From Eledone cirrhosa (lineage: Eukaryota), in NCBI GenBank assembly GCA_964016885.1, contig OZ024742.1:142352001-142416000 (forward strand): a DNA stretch of 64,000 nucleotides. The letters are read 5' to 3'. Each line of letters starts with the position of its first letter. Position 1 is the first letter of the stretch. Position numbers and translations under genes: made by a program. Below are positions 45,123 to 57,049 of the stretch, piece after piece. The notes beneath the pieces were generated by a model that was given only the letters and a program-made list of their open reading frames with translations, was not told the origin of the DNA and searched no databases.

Positions 45123-45464
45123 AGTTCGGACCAGCCTTCGCCCATGCGCACTTCGGACCAGCCTTTGCGCATGCGCATTTCGGACCAGCCTTCGGTCAGG
45201 CGCACTTCGAACCAGCTTTCGCGCATGCGCAGTATGGAGCACCCTTCACGCATGCGCAGTACGGACCAGACTTCACGCATGCGCATTCGGACCAGCGTGG
45301 CGCAAGCGCAGTTCAGACCAGCCTTCGTGCATGCGCAGTTCGGACCAGCCTTCGCGCATACGCACTTCCAACAAGACTTCGCGCATGCGCACTTCTAACC
45401 AGCCTTCACGCATGCGCACTTCGGACCAAACTTCGCGCATGCGCACTTTGGACCAGACTTCGCC
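45123..45464. repeat. GC-rich 27-bp minisatellite, about 12-13 copies
   Basis: Consensus acttcggaccagccttcgcgcatgcgc. Confidence 0.92.
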
Positions 45465-45501
<37 letters not shown>

Positions 45502-45544
45502 CTATGTATGAATAGATATATTTGTGTGTGTGTCCGTTATAATA

Positions 45545-45720
45545 ATTGTTTCTACTTTTGACACAAGCCCAGTGTATTATGGGTACTTTATTTTATCGAC
45601 CCCGTAAGGATGAAAGGCAAAGTTAACCTCGGCGGGATTTGAACTCAGACCGTAAAGGGGCGTAACTCTATGCTTCAAAGCATGGTGTCCGACTCTCTAC
45701 CGATACTGCCAATCCACCGT
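45545..45720 (-). mobile_element. tRNA-derived SINE
   Basis: Reverse complement of the 4361/20331 family. Confidence 0.85.
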
Positions 45721-46469
45721 TATCTACTAAATTTCGTGGCTGTTCATTAAATATATTTTATTATTTATTTAAAGATTCACTTCTTTAAAATTTTCAAATG
45801 TCAACACTTCCGGTTAGCGATCATTTATACAAATATTCATCTATTTCTGTCACTAATTTTCTCCTAATGCAGTTTATATATAATATCGTCTTTGTTTAAT
45901 GTATCATGGATTACGTTACTGATTACATAAGACAGTGTAATACAGTCTTCGTTCAATTTCTGTGTATATTGTCAATTACGATTTTATTTGATGTATCATA
46001 TCTACATGCATATATACTTGCGTATAATATCAATATACACACTACACAAGCTAGCAGAAAACCACCTGAAGTGTGGTTTTTCTGCTAGTTATATTAAATG
46101 AGTTTAAAAAAAAAAAGAGTTAATAAATAAATAAAACTTTATACTTGTTTTACCCTCCCATTTCAATTAAATCGAGCGCTATCATGACTGTACGTGTGTG
46201 TTTGTGTAAATATATATGTGTGAATGTAATACAGTTGAATATATGAGAGGGGTGAACACCGATACAAGTATACATGTGTTCCAATTGCAAATGACCAAGT
46301 TAGCTAGGTTGAGAAAATACTAATTTAAAACAATATGGTTTGCCTGACTCGATTTCAAGTAATAAATCAATAAAAATAACAAACCTATATCGGGCAACTG
46401 CCTTTGATACCCGGACAGGGTTCAAGGTGTGGACAGATTTCCTTACATATATATGGATGTATATGAATG

Positions 46470-46558
<89 letters not shown>

Positions 46559-46594
46559 GCATATGTATGTATGTATGTATGTATATGTATGTAT

Positions 46595-47118
46595 GTCAAC
46601 ATCATTGGATAACATCAGGGTTGCAGGTGTTATATCAAAATTTTCCTTCTCCTAGAATTCTGCCTTGACAAAGGCTAAGAGGTCATTTCTCCCGGTGATT
46701 TTGGATGGCCATTGACTCTTAAGAGCTCCTTTGCCCTTTGACAGGTTTTGTTTTTAGTCCTGCAGGATGTCCAAAGTCACCCTCCTCACCAAGAAACCTT
46801 GCTGAGGAGGGTGACTTTTTGGTAAATATCATCTTGGTTAAGAGAGTGGGACTGGCTTTGTGCAGTGCCTTTGCTCACTATAAAAGCTTCACGGCACAGG
46901 CATTGCTTTATATCTGGAGATCTCTCTGCACTTGTCGTCACATGGTACCATGGGCCCAGCACTATGTGTCAATAATTGTCACAAGTGTAGTGTTTGTACC
47001 AGAGTTTTCAAGTCGCTGGCTGGACTAAAAAGTCACACTCGTTCAGCGCATCGGTAGGGGTTCTCCTACATGGATATAAAGTAGTGGCCGTACTCGAAAA
47101 CGAGTTGGCAGCCAACAT
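46595..47118 (-). mobile_element. RTE-5'UTR/SINE-like repeat related to the 8304-9464 arms
   Basis: Shared blocks gagagtggga.tggct, gcacaggcattgc, tggcc.tactcga.aacgag and ctaggagaagg. Confidence 0.6.
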
Positions 47119-47289
47119 ATGTATGTATGTACATATATACATATATATGTTTTTATATATTTATATGTATTCATTAGTTAAGCAAAGCAAGACCACAAAT
47201 TTCACAAAGAAGATATTATTAAAAGATTGTCAACATATTTTAGTTTGATGTAAGGAATGTAGAGAATAATAATAATAATATTAATAATA

Positions 47290-48295
47290 ATAATGTCCGT
47301 TTACAATTGTTTCGATACTCCATATAATGTTTCTGGATCAGATGACTATATATCATAATTGATCTGGTTCAGTTGAAAATAATTAACATATTTAAAAGAC
47401 AGAGCGGCTCATCGGAACTTATAATGTTCCATATATTGGTTTTTACTATGGTGTCTTCGTTGCATCAGTTGTCAGCCATAATCCAGCAGTATTCATCTGT
47501 CGAGGCTGCATTGTGTGAGATCTGCCTATGGGTAACAAGATGGCTGCCAAAGGGCATATTTACCTTACTAATTAGAGGGTGGTTTCAGGGGAAGTAACTC
47601 CTCGAGAGATTAGAAATTGTGGGTGTTTATAGTTAAGTGCTAATTTAAAAATTTTTTTAATTGTGAGACAATGTAGGGGAGGTAACTTATAATTATCCAA
47701 GTTGTTAATAGCAATTTAACTTATTAGCTACAAGTAAAAATGGGGCTACATGACTAAGTTGGGTCAAATATTCTATTGGCGAAGGAATTGGCCCTTCGAT
47801 GTTGACAGCTAATAGTTACCTCCGTTCTATCGTTAATCGGTGGAGGTCATGATAGAGTTATGTAATATGCTTCCGTAATACAGAGATCACAAGATTTTCT
47901 TCGTCCATTGAACAGTTGGGCCCTAGCCACGATATCCCATTTTAGTGAGTGTTGAACGTTGTTTAATTTAAGGTTTTTAATGAGCCTAGCTAGCGATGTC
48001 GAACATCTGTTGCTAGGGCCTCGGAAGGAAAAAGAGTGCGCGTTATAGCGTACCTTAAAAGGGTTAGAGGTAGACCCGATATAAGAGCTGGTATTCGAAG
48101 CAGTTTTAACCGTGCACCTATAGACTATGTTGGGTGTCAGGCAGTGTCCATTTAATGGGCATGCATTGGGGTAACGGCAGTTGCAGTTGCTTCTGCGGTT
48201 AGTGAAAGTAGGGTAGTTTAACCTAAGCGGTAGGTCCGTGCTAGAAGGATTAGATGGGGGAGGTGTGCTACTAGAGTAATTATTGGTGAACATTT
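47290..48295 (-). mobile_element. 3' fragment of a Naiad-like PLE (GIY-YIG) with a degenerate hammerhead at 47299-47418
   Basis: CNCRYPNACPLNGHCL..NIVYRC..YIGST..FK.RY..H..CDLCITE; reverse complement gtt-CCGATGA...GAAA-caattg-TA-aac. Confidence 0.8.
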
Positions 48296-48729
48296 AAATA
48301 ACCATATTGTATGTAACCCTAACTTAAAAATAATACTGGTGTTATCATTTTGTCTTTTGTTTACAATGACTAACAGTAAATTTGAATCACTGAAGAACAT
48401 GTGAAAATGTTATATCAACAAAGTGTTATTGAAACTATGTGATATTGATGCTCACGATTACCAAAATTACCACATGTTAGAAAGGCCCACTAAATTGATC
48501 TCAGGTGGTAGCTTTAAGTAGTATTAAAATAGTTATCAACCATAATAATACACATATATATATGTGAGTGTGTCTGTAACTCTTTAAAATTGACACACAC
48601 AAACATACAGGCACATACAATCCTATTTCAATCCTGTTACTATAATAAGAAGTTCTCTTTCTAATCACCTTTGTTCACATTAATAGTTGTATGTATGTCA
48701 TTTATAGATACATGAACATTTACTCAACT

Positions 48730-49470
48730 CAACAGAAGGGGATCTTCAACTTGCACCCGATAGGTTTGATGCCAAGTGTTGTATAGCTGGAATGAAAATC
48801 AATGCTGCAAAAACTGAAACACTCATGCTCTCAAGGAAGCCTGCACAGTGCACTCTACATGTGAATAGAGTTCTACTGAAGCAGGTAGAGAAGTTCAAGT
48901 ATCTCAGGGCCGTGTTCACAAGTAATGGAAGGCAGGGGGCTAAATTAAGTGCAAGAATTGCAGGAGCTGATGCATTAAATGCACCAGCTTCAGTATTCAG
49001 TAATCAGAAGAAGGGAGGTAGGTGTAAAAGCCAAACTTGCTATCTTCAATTCAGTATTCATGCCAACTCTTACCTATGGTCATGAGTCTTGGGTAATGAC
49101 CGAAAGAATATGATCGTGAATACAAGCAGCCAAAATGGAGTTCCTCCAAAGGGTCTTTGTAGTAACATTACTCAACATAGTGTGTAGCTCAGAGATCAGA
49201 GAGTCACTTCAGGTAGAGCCACTACTTCTCCAATTTGAGAGATCACAGCTCCGGTACTATGGGCATGTGGTTAGAATGTCTTAGGAAAAAATTGCTGGAC
49301 AGATTTTACAGGCAAAATCAACCGGCAGGAGTAGACCCTGAGATTGGCTGATCTCACTTGGAGATTCAGTTGGAGACTGTTGCTTCTGACAGAATCCACT
49401 GAATGGAGTGTTTGAGGACTCTGCCCTTACGACCCTCTCAGGAATAAGTAGGCAAAGAAGATGATGAACA
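48730..49470 (+). mobile_element. RTE LINE 3' fragment, same family as 737-1510
   Basis: MKINAAKTE..VEKFKYL..ARIAGA; nucleotide similarity to the reverse complement of 740-1450. Confidence 0.8.
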
Positions 49471-50422
49471 TTTATGTAATTATATCCTAGAAATAAATAA
49501 ATAAAATATGCCTTGTATCTTTAATCACTTTCATGTGTCAGTAATCAATATAAACTACAGGTTTTCTCTAATGTAAACCATTAATTAATAAAAATACGAA
49601 TTTCCCAGTTTGTGTAATTGTTCATATATCTGGTAATACTGGTATATTATGAGATACCAATCCTGGACTCCAAAAATTAAATATGTTCAATGCTATTGGT
49701 CCACAAGTAACACATAAACATATAAAAATATCTGACATGTTGAATGATTTAAAAGCATGGCAAGATCTCTGTGGTGTCTTTATTTACTCTAACACTTTGT
49801 TCTGAGATGGTAGGTATGTTACATGTAATCAAATATGTTGCTCTCTTGTTTGTAAAGAAAACCAATCACCATTAATAATGCAAGAAAAAAGTGAAATTTT
49901 ACAATGTCTGGATCTCAGAGAAAAGGCATCAATGATTGTATAACAAACATTGTATTCATTGAATGACATAGAATCTCTGTAAACATTTTTTTTTTCATAA
50001 TTATATTCAGTATGGCTTCCTTTGTTTACGATCAGAAGATCAGTTATCCAAACAACCAGTAATCCAAACAAAATACTTCCCATCCATTTTGTTTGCATAA
50101 TCAAGATTTAACTATAGTGGAAGACATCTCTGATTGTCACACAGTAGACCAGAGTTGAATTCCCTACTGGTGAGAGCTTGTCTTTTAGGGTTAAAAGAAA
50201 GTGGAAGAGAAACCTGCAGAAGGAGAAGACATGTGAAGAGATGATTGAAGACTGTGATGTGGTAGAGTAATGTGTTAAAATAGATCCATCCAGTATTGAC
50301 AAACATAGTTAAGATACTGCAGCTGAGGATAAGGATGATGATGGTGAATCTTCCACTTCAATTAAAGCTAATGATTAAAATAGAGAATGGTCAGCTGAAG
50401 TCATTTCAAGCATTATCATTGA

Positions 50423-50888
50423 CAATAAGCATTCAGTGGTTTGATCAACTCATTAAATTAACATGTAAATGACTGAGTTTCATGGATAAAAGTATGCTCC
50501 ACATAATTCCTAGGTCAAATCAGCATCACAGTATTTTGAGGACACCAATGACTTCTACATAGTTATCTCTATTAAATTTCCCTATCAATGTGTTGGTCAA
50601 CCTGAGCTCATGGTTGAAATATGCATGTTATGAGTTGTAGGCTATAGTTTGATCAATAAGCATTCAGTGGTTTGTTCTACTCATTAAATTAACATGTAAA
50701 TGACTGAGTTTCATGGATAAAAGTATGCTCCACATAATTCCTAGGTCAAATCAGCATGACACTATTTTGAGGACACCAAGTAGAAATGACTTCTACATAG
50801 TTATCTCTATTAAATTTCCCTATCAATGTGTTGGTCAACCTGAGCTCATGGTTGAAATATGCATGTTATGAGTTGTAGGCTATAGTTT
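50423..50888. repeat. Tandem duplication with a 231-bp period
   Basis: caataagcattcagtggtttg...gtaggctatagttt starting at 50423 and 50654. Confidence 0.9.
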
Positions 50889-50961
50889 TGTACCTTGACA
50901 TCTAAAAATGTTAACTCTGGTTTTATAGCCTGGCACTTCAGTGGTGCATAAATCCATTGAA

Positions 50962-51140
50962 GGCATGTGGCATAGTGATAAGGTTGTTTGGCTCATGATC
51001 ATGAGGTTGCAGGTTCACTTCACAGACTGGGCAGTGCATTGTATCCTTGAGCAAGACACTTCATTTCACATTGCTGCAGTTCACTAAATTGGAAAGAAAT
51101 GAGTATCAGCAGCAGCTAAGAGTTAACTCTGCAATGAACT
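50962..51140 (+). mobile_element. Old tRNA-headed SINE
   Basis: ggcatgtggcatagtgataag...ccttgagcaagacacttcatttcac. Confidence 0.65.
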
Positions 51141-54100
51141 AGTGTCCTGTCCAGGTGGGAGTCTAGTTGCTTAATATCAAGGAAACTACGATATGGCTTG
51201 TCCAGATGAGCCTCATGACTTGGGACAGTGTTTAACTAATCTGAAACTAGTATGAAGCAACATATCCATGAACAGATCAAATGACCTAGTTGGAGGATAT
51301 TGGTCATTGTAAAGCTGATAGAGATGGGCTCCTATAGGCTGAATTTTCCTAAAATACGCTGCATAAGCAGCACCCCCACGACCCTGGAGGGTCAAGGGAA
51401 AAGTGAAGTAATGTAGCCTAGCACTTCAGTGTTAATTAGAATGGTAGAGGAAAAAAAATGTAGACAATGAGTATTGGACAGCATCTCTGAATAATTATCC
51501 TCAATGATTTAATGGTTTAAATGTTAATTATACTTACATCTGTCAGAGATCTCATCCCTCATTAATACAATGGACCCACATCTTATGCAACCAAAACCAT
51601 GACCCTTATATAAAAGTGCATATGTATGTCAATATTTTTGGAATAGACATGTTGTCAGGTTCTCTAGATGTTGAGAAAACTCAGGAATAGAATTATACAG
51701 GAATAGGTTAGAGTTTTCTCCCTTACATTAAGCAATACAGTTTTGTATGGAAGTGGATGTGAAGAGTTTTACAGCTTTTCTGAATTAAAACCACGTATAT
51801 TCAAAACTACGTTATTTAATACCATGTGAAGTGTGCCCACTGTATACATTACTTCACTCATTATCAATATTTTCAATAGAAACTGATGATAATAGATTCT
51901 ATATTAGTTTCAATAATAAGTATGCAATTATTCATTCAACTGGGAATTCAACCTGTGAATTATTCTAGACATGTGTACCCTTAATATAATTTCCAAATCA
52001 GCTTAACATAATATGTGACAAGACCTTTGAATTACAGGTATAATCCATCCAACAGGTTTTCACACAATTTTTGCCAATCCAATTTCACTCACAAGGCTTG
52101 AATCAACCCAAGAAAAGATACATACCCATGATGCCACACAGTAGGATCAAACCCAGAACCTCAAGAATGCAAAGCAAAATTCTTAACTCCTCAGCAATGT
52201 CTGTGTCAGCAATGGAAATTAACACACTGCATCACAGTTTTTAGAATAGGTACACTGTATTCCTTCATGTTATAAGAAGCAACTAAAAAGGTTTAGTTAA
52301 GGAAAGGCAGCAGGTCATAAAACATTGCTACAAAAAGTCCTACCTAATGCATACCACAGCATAAAAAACTGGACATAAAAACAAAGCACCTAACTGTTAC
52401 ATATTACCATCATAAATTGGTGAACAATTTGATAGCAACTGATGTTTGCCTAGAATAATTGCTGAAACACACAGGAATTTGGAGGGATTCAGTAATACAA
52501 CTAACTTTTATTTATTTATCTGGTGTTTAGAGCACAACTTAACAAATGATCTTGTATAAAATTATGCTGGAAGATTTTTAGATAAATATCAACACTTTAA
52601 AATAAACAGCTTTGTATTATAGAACCAGGGACAGTTTGGAATCAAAGGGGTTAATCTTCTATACATTGATAAAAATACACTATGATAGGCTGGATGGAAG
52701 TTCTGAACTATGTTACCATAGTAAATTAGTGTATTGAATATAAACATTAGCTGAACAATGTAATAATAACTGTTGCTTAATCCAATCCAGAATGAGACAA
52801 AATATATTGTGACAGATTAGATTCCTATAATATAACATTTCTCTCTATGTATTTCAGTAACCATTTCAACATTATCAGGTTTGATATATTTCACAAATAT
52901 TCTATTTTTATTTATTTATTGTCTACTTATTTCACATGCTAAGGATTATTTTTATCATTCATTGACATATGTTCAGACTAGTGACTTTATTTTTTTCTTT
53001 ACTCTTATGCTCAAACTTTCTGATAAGGTAATATAAAATATCAATTGTAATAATACTCAACTCATTCCTCTCCAATCATTGCAGATCCTCTTATTCTTTC
53101 CCTGTCATATAGAATAACAGATATTTCATATATATATATATATTACCTCATACAGCTTATCTTTTGTTTAAAGAAACAAATTTTTGTAGCATATATTGCT
53201 GTATTTGAAAAGCTCAGTCAGAATTTGGTTCTTGAAAATAGGGAACCAGCATGTTGAGGATGATAGTACTTTGGTTCTGTTCACACTATGAGCCCTATTC
53301 ACCAGAGCCTGTATAGTTTTGTTAGAGAGCTCTGAGCAAGTCACCATGTTATACTTGCTTAAAGTCTTTCAAGATGCTTGAAGCTGTGTTGACTACTTAC
53401 TGTTTTATCACTGGTGAATGTCCACCTCACAGTATTCAGTTAATCTACACGGTTCTTCTAAAGATGCTCTTTACCATGTGTTCAACGTTACCAGTATGGT
53501 TACTGTGGAAAAATAAATCACTCAGCATGGTACACCAGCTTGCATATCAAACAAAACTAGCAAATGTTTAACCCTTTTACCATATTTCTAATGAAAAATA
53601 ATGCCTATGACTTTCAAACAATTTGGAAAATAATCAAGAATTTGGATGGGTTTAGTAATATAACCAATTTTCACATTAAGCTGGTTTCTGGAGCATAACT
53701 TAACATAAGTTCTTACACAAAATTATGAAGGAAGTTTGTTTTATTTTAATAAACATAAACACTTTAAAATAAACATCTTAGTATAGTAGAACTAGGGGCA
53801 GTTTGGTATTCAATCACTATAATTAGTTCAGTCTCTACATTTTACCAACATTGTCGTCTAAGAAAGGAGCAAATAGTAAGAGGCTTACCAATATCCAGCA
53901 TAATGAGTGTGAGAGTTGTGAAGAGTTTTTAGATTGATAAAGGGAATCAATCCAGGTGTTATTGAGAAGGGTAGATCAATTAGTCAATATCTTTTGTGGA
54001 CATATTTCTAAAGAAATACAATGTGTTTCATTTATCTTTGAAAAGATTTAGTAAAATAATTGATTTTTCCATTATTGAGCTGGTGTTTGGAACATAATTT

Positions 54101-54703
54101 AAGTTTCTGACATAAAATCATAATAGAGGTTTGAATTTGATTATAAACATTTTAAAATTAGAGATTTTATATCCCAAAACCAAAGATGGTTTCAGGTGGG
54201 TTGGTGTCGAAAGGGTTCATTTTCTGAAAACTAGAAATGTCATCTAGCATGCTGGTCTCAATATGTATTCTTAGGAAACAAGACATTGAATACTTTATAA
54301 AAACTATTTATTTAACTAACTTTTTTTTCTTTGTTTCACAGTTTTGTAGACTACGAGAGTCCTTATCATAACACATGAAAAATAACATTAACATTTTGGA
54401 ATAATATATAAACTTTCTTTTGAATGTGTTAGATTTGCTTTAAAAAAGATGGTATCACTATGTAAGACTACGATCCCTCAAAGAAATGGTATTGAAGTGT
54501 GAGCCAATTGTCCTCAAATGTGCAACATTCCATTTGAAAGAAATGGCATCATCATGTGAGACTACTGTCCCTCAAATACACAACATTCTATTTGAAAGAG
54601 ATGATATCACTGTAAGAGGCTATCTCCCCCTCTTTCTCAATCTTACGACTTTACTAACAAATCTTCTTTTTCTGGTCCCCATAGAAGTTCTGGTGTTGTG
54701 CCA

Positions 54704-54734
<31 letters not shown>

Positions 54735-57049
54735 TGAGGTGGGGAGATGATGCATAATAGAATACAATTTTCATGACCAGAGAAAAATAAAGAGAAAGAT
54801 TAATCAAAGAAAGATTAAAGGAGAATGAAAAACTGAGTTTGGCTTCATAAATACTATACATGAATACTATACATGTTAGAATGTATAATAGAATACAAAA
54901 GAAAAAGACTGAGAGAAAGAGGAATAATGAGGCAAAGAGAAAGAGAAGATAAAAGTAGAAATATGCAGTTTATTTAAAATTTGAACGAGCATTATATTGT
55001 GTTGCACATATTTCTTTTGTATTGTCTTTATGTTTACATATAAACTGGTACTTTACATGTCTAACTTTAGTTAATATAGACACATGTTAATATAATATTG
55101 TTTCTACTTTAGGCACAAGGCCAGCAATTACCCAGTGCATTACTGGTACTTTATTTTATCGACCCCGTAAGGATGAAAGGCAAAGTCAATATAATATTGA
55201 TCTCTGATTTCTTAGAATGAAGTATATTTAGGATTCCAGTGGCTAGGTATCCATCCATCAAGGAAACCTCTCCTCTTCCACTTCAATTCATCCATTGTCT
55301 GGATTTTAAGCTCTGTAGACTTTGCCGCTTTTCTTCATATAAGCCATACATATGATTAACTTTCAATATATAAGTGAATCACCATCAATTTTGACAGCAT
55401 GGGCTCACTAGTTTATGTCTGATATGAACTTCTATAAATTATATTAGTTTCACGAATAAATTTTCATTTTCAATATATTTTGATATGATGATTTCTGTCA
55501 TAATTCCAATGTCTTGATTTATAGGAGACAATGATTGGAATGATAGGGTGTTTATAACTGTGCCCTAAGGAAATGAATTAACATCATATTATATATCATT
55601 TCCAACACTCCTCTCTAATAATTAAATGCCTTGTAATATGCAAAAAAAATCAATATATAATAAATCATAATTTATAAGTGAACAACCTAAAGTAACAAAA
55701 TTGCAATAAATCTGTAAAAACAAATCAATACATATCAGGAAGAGAATAATTTTGTAACTGAACTGACAAGGACAATATTTTGTCTTCTTCAAACTATATT
55801 CAGGGGAGCCAATTCTTCATGTCAACTCCTTTTCCGTTAAAACAAAACAGCAACAATTGTTCTCTTATAATAAATCAAGAAACAAGAGTTCAATACAAAA
55901 TCAAAATAAAGATATAATAAAAAACACAACAAAAATGAAATAAATGATGCGAGAAATTTATTTTTTTATCAAAAAATACACTCCTTTGAAAATTTGAGAA
56001 AAAACATGTAAATAAAAAAAATTGTATTTGTGACATAAAACTTGAAATGGGAGAGGGGGAGAGAAAAAAAAATCAATGATTGTTTGATAAATTGTAATAA
56101 TGTTATATGTCAGAGTTCCACATACTGAACACTCTTTAATCATTGGGACTTCTTTCAGTTAAATCTAGTAGTAATCAGCTGAGATACTTGATATAATCTT
56201 GGGGTGGTGGACTTAAATCAGCCACCTGGTTTGACACCATCATCTGACCTTTGGATTCTTTAAGGAGTCTACTCTGTTGCAAGCATTCAGGGACCAGGTC
56301 TCCAATTTGAGGATACCTTCCTAAATCACACCCTTCCAACAGTCTTGGAGATCCCTGAAAAAAGGTCATGAGCACTGCCCTTCCCTCCCTGACTAAAGAT
56401 AAAAGAAAAAGAAAAAAAATCTTGATCACATTAACATAACATAAGAATGGTACTTCTAAACCACTCCTGCCACCCACCCCCACTCTACTTCTGTAAAAAC
56501 TCTTTTTTAATTTAATAAACCTCTGCAATTACTTAAATATCACTCAAGTACTAATATCCATTCAAATAACACTGGCATCTCATCTCCTCTGCAAAACATC
56601 AGATGACTTTTTCCTCATGATCAAGTTGGACAGAAATTCCAATGAATTACCCTGGAAGATAGCAAGGGAAATGTGATGAAAAAGCAGGTCCAATTTGCAG
56701 ATAGCCATCTCCATCCTGATCACAGCAAGTAGAGAGGCAGTTCAAGGATCCAGGAGGCCAGATGTTTCCACAATAAACCTACCAGTGCTTTTTAAATGTT
56801 GTAATACAATAGCATGTTTTTTTTTTTTTTATTTTTTGTTAACAGTCTACTAAAACAAAACTGATGCACAACCTCTTTCAGAAGGTGGTTTACAAAATTC
56901 ATGAGGAAAAACTTCAAAAACCACCAAATATTTATTTCTTAACTGCATTATGCAACACCTGTAGGACATAACTAACCATGGTATGGCCTTCTGGTTGTCC
57001 ACCTGAAGTACAGTATGCAGCATTGTTCAAAATTATATAATAATAATAA

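Noticed and set aside
45123-45464. CRISPR-like array
   Set aside because: Contiguous repeats without unique spacers, eukaryotic context, no cas genes.
49829-50306. Short hydrophobic minus-strand ORFs
   Set aside because: No recognisable motif or clear splice signals; lengths are compatible with chance.
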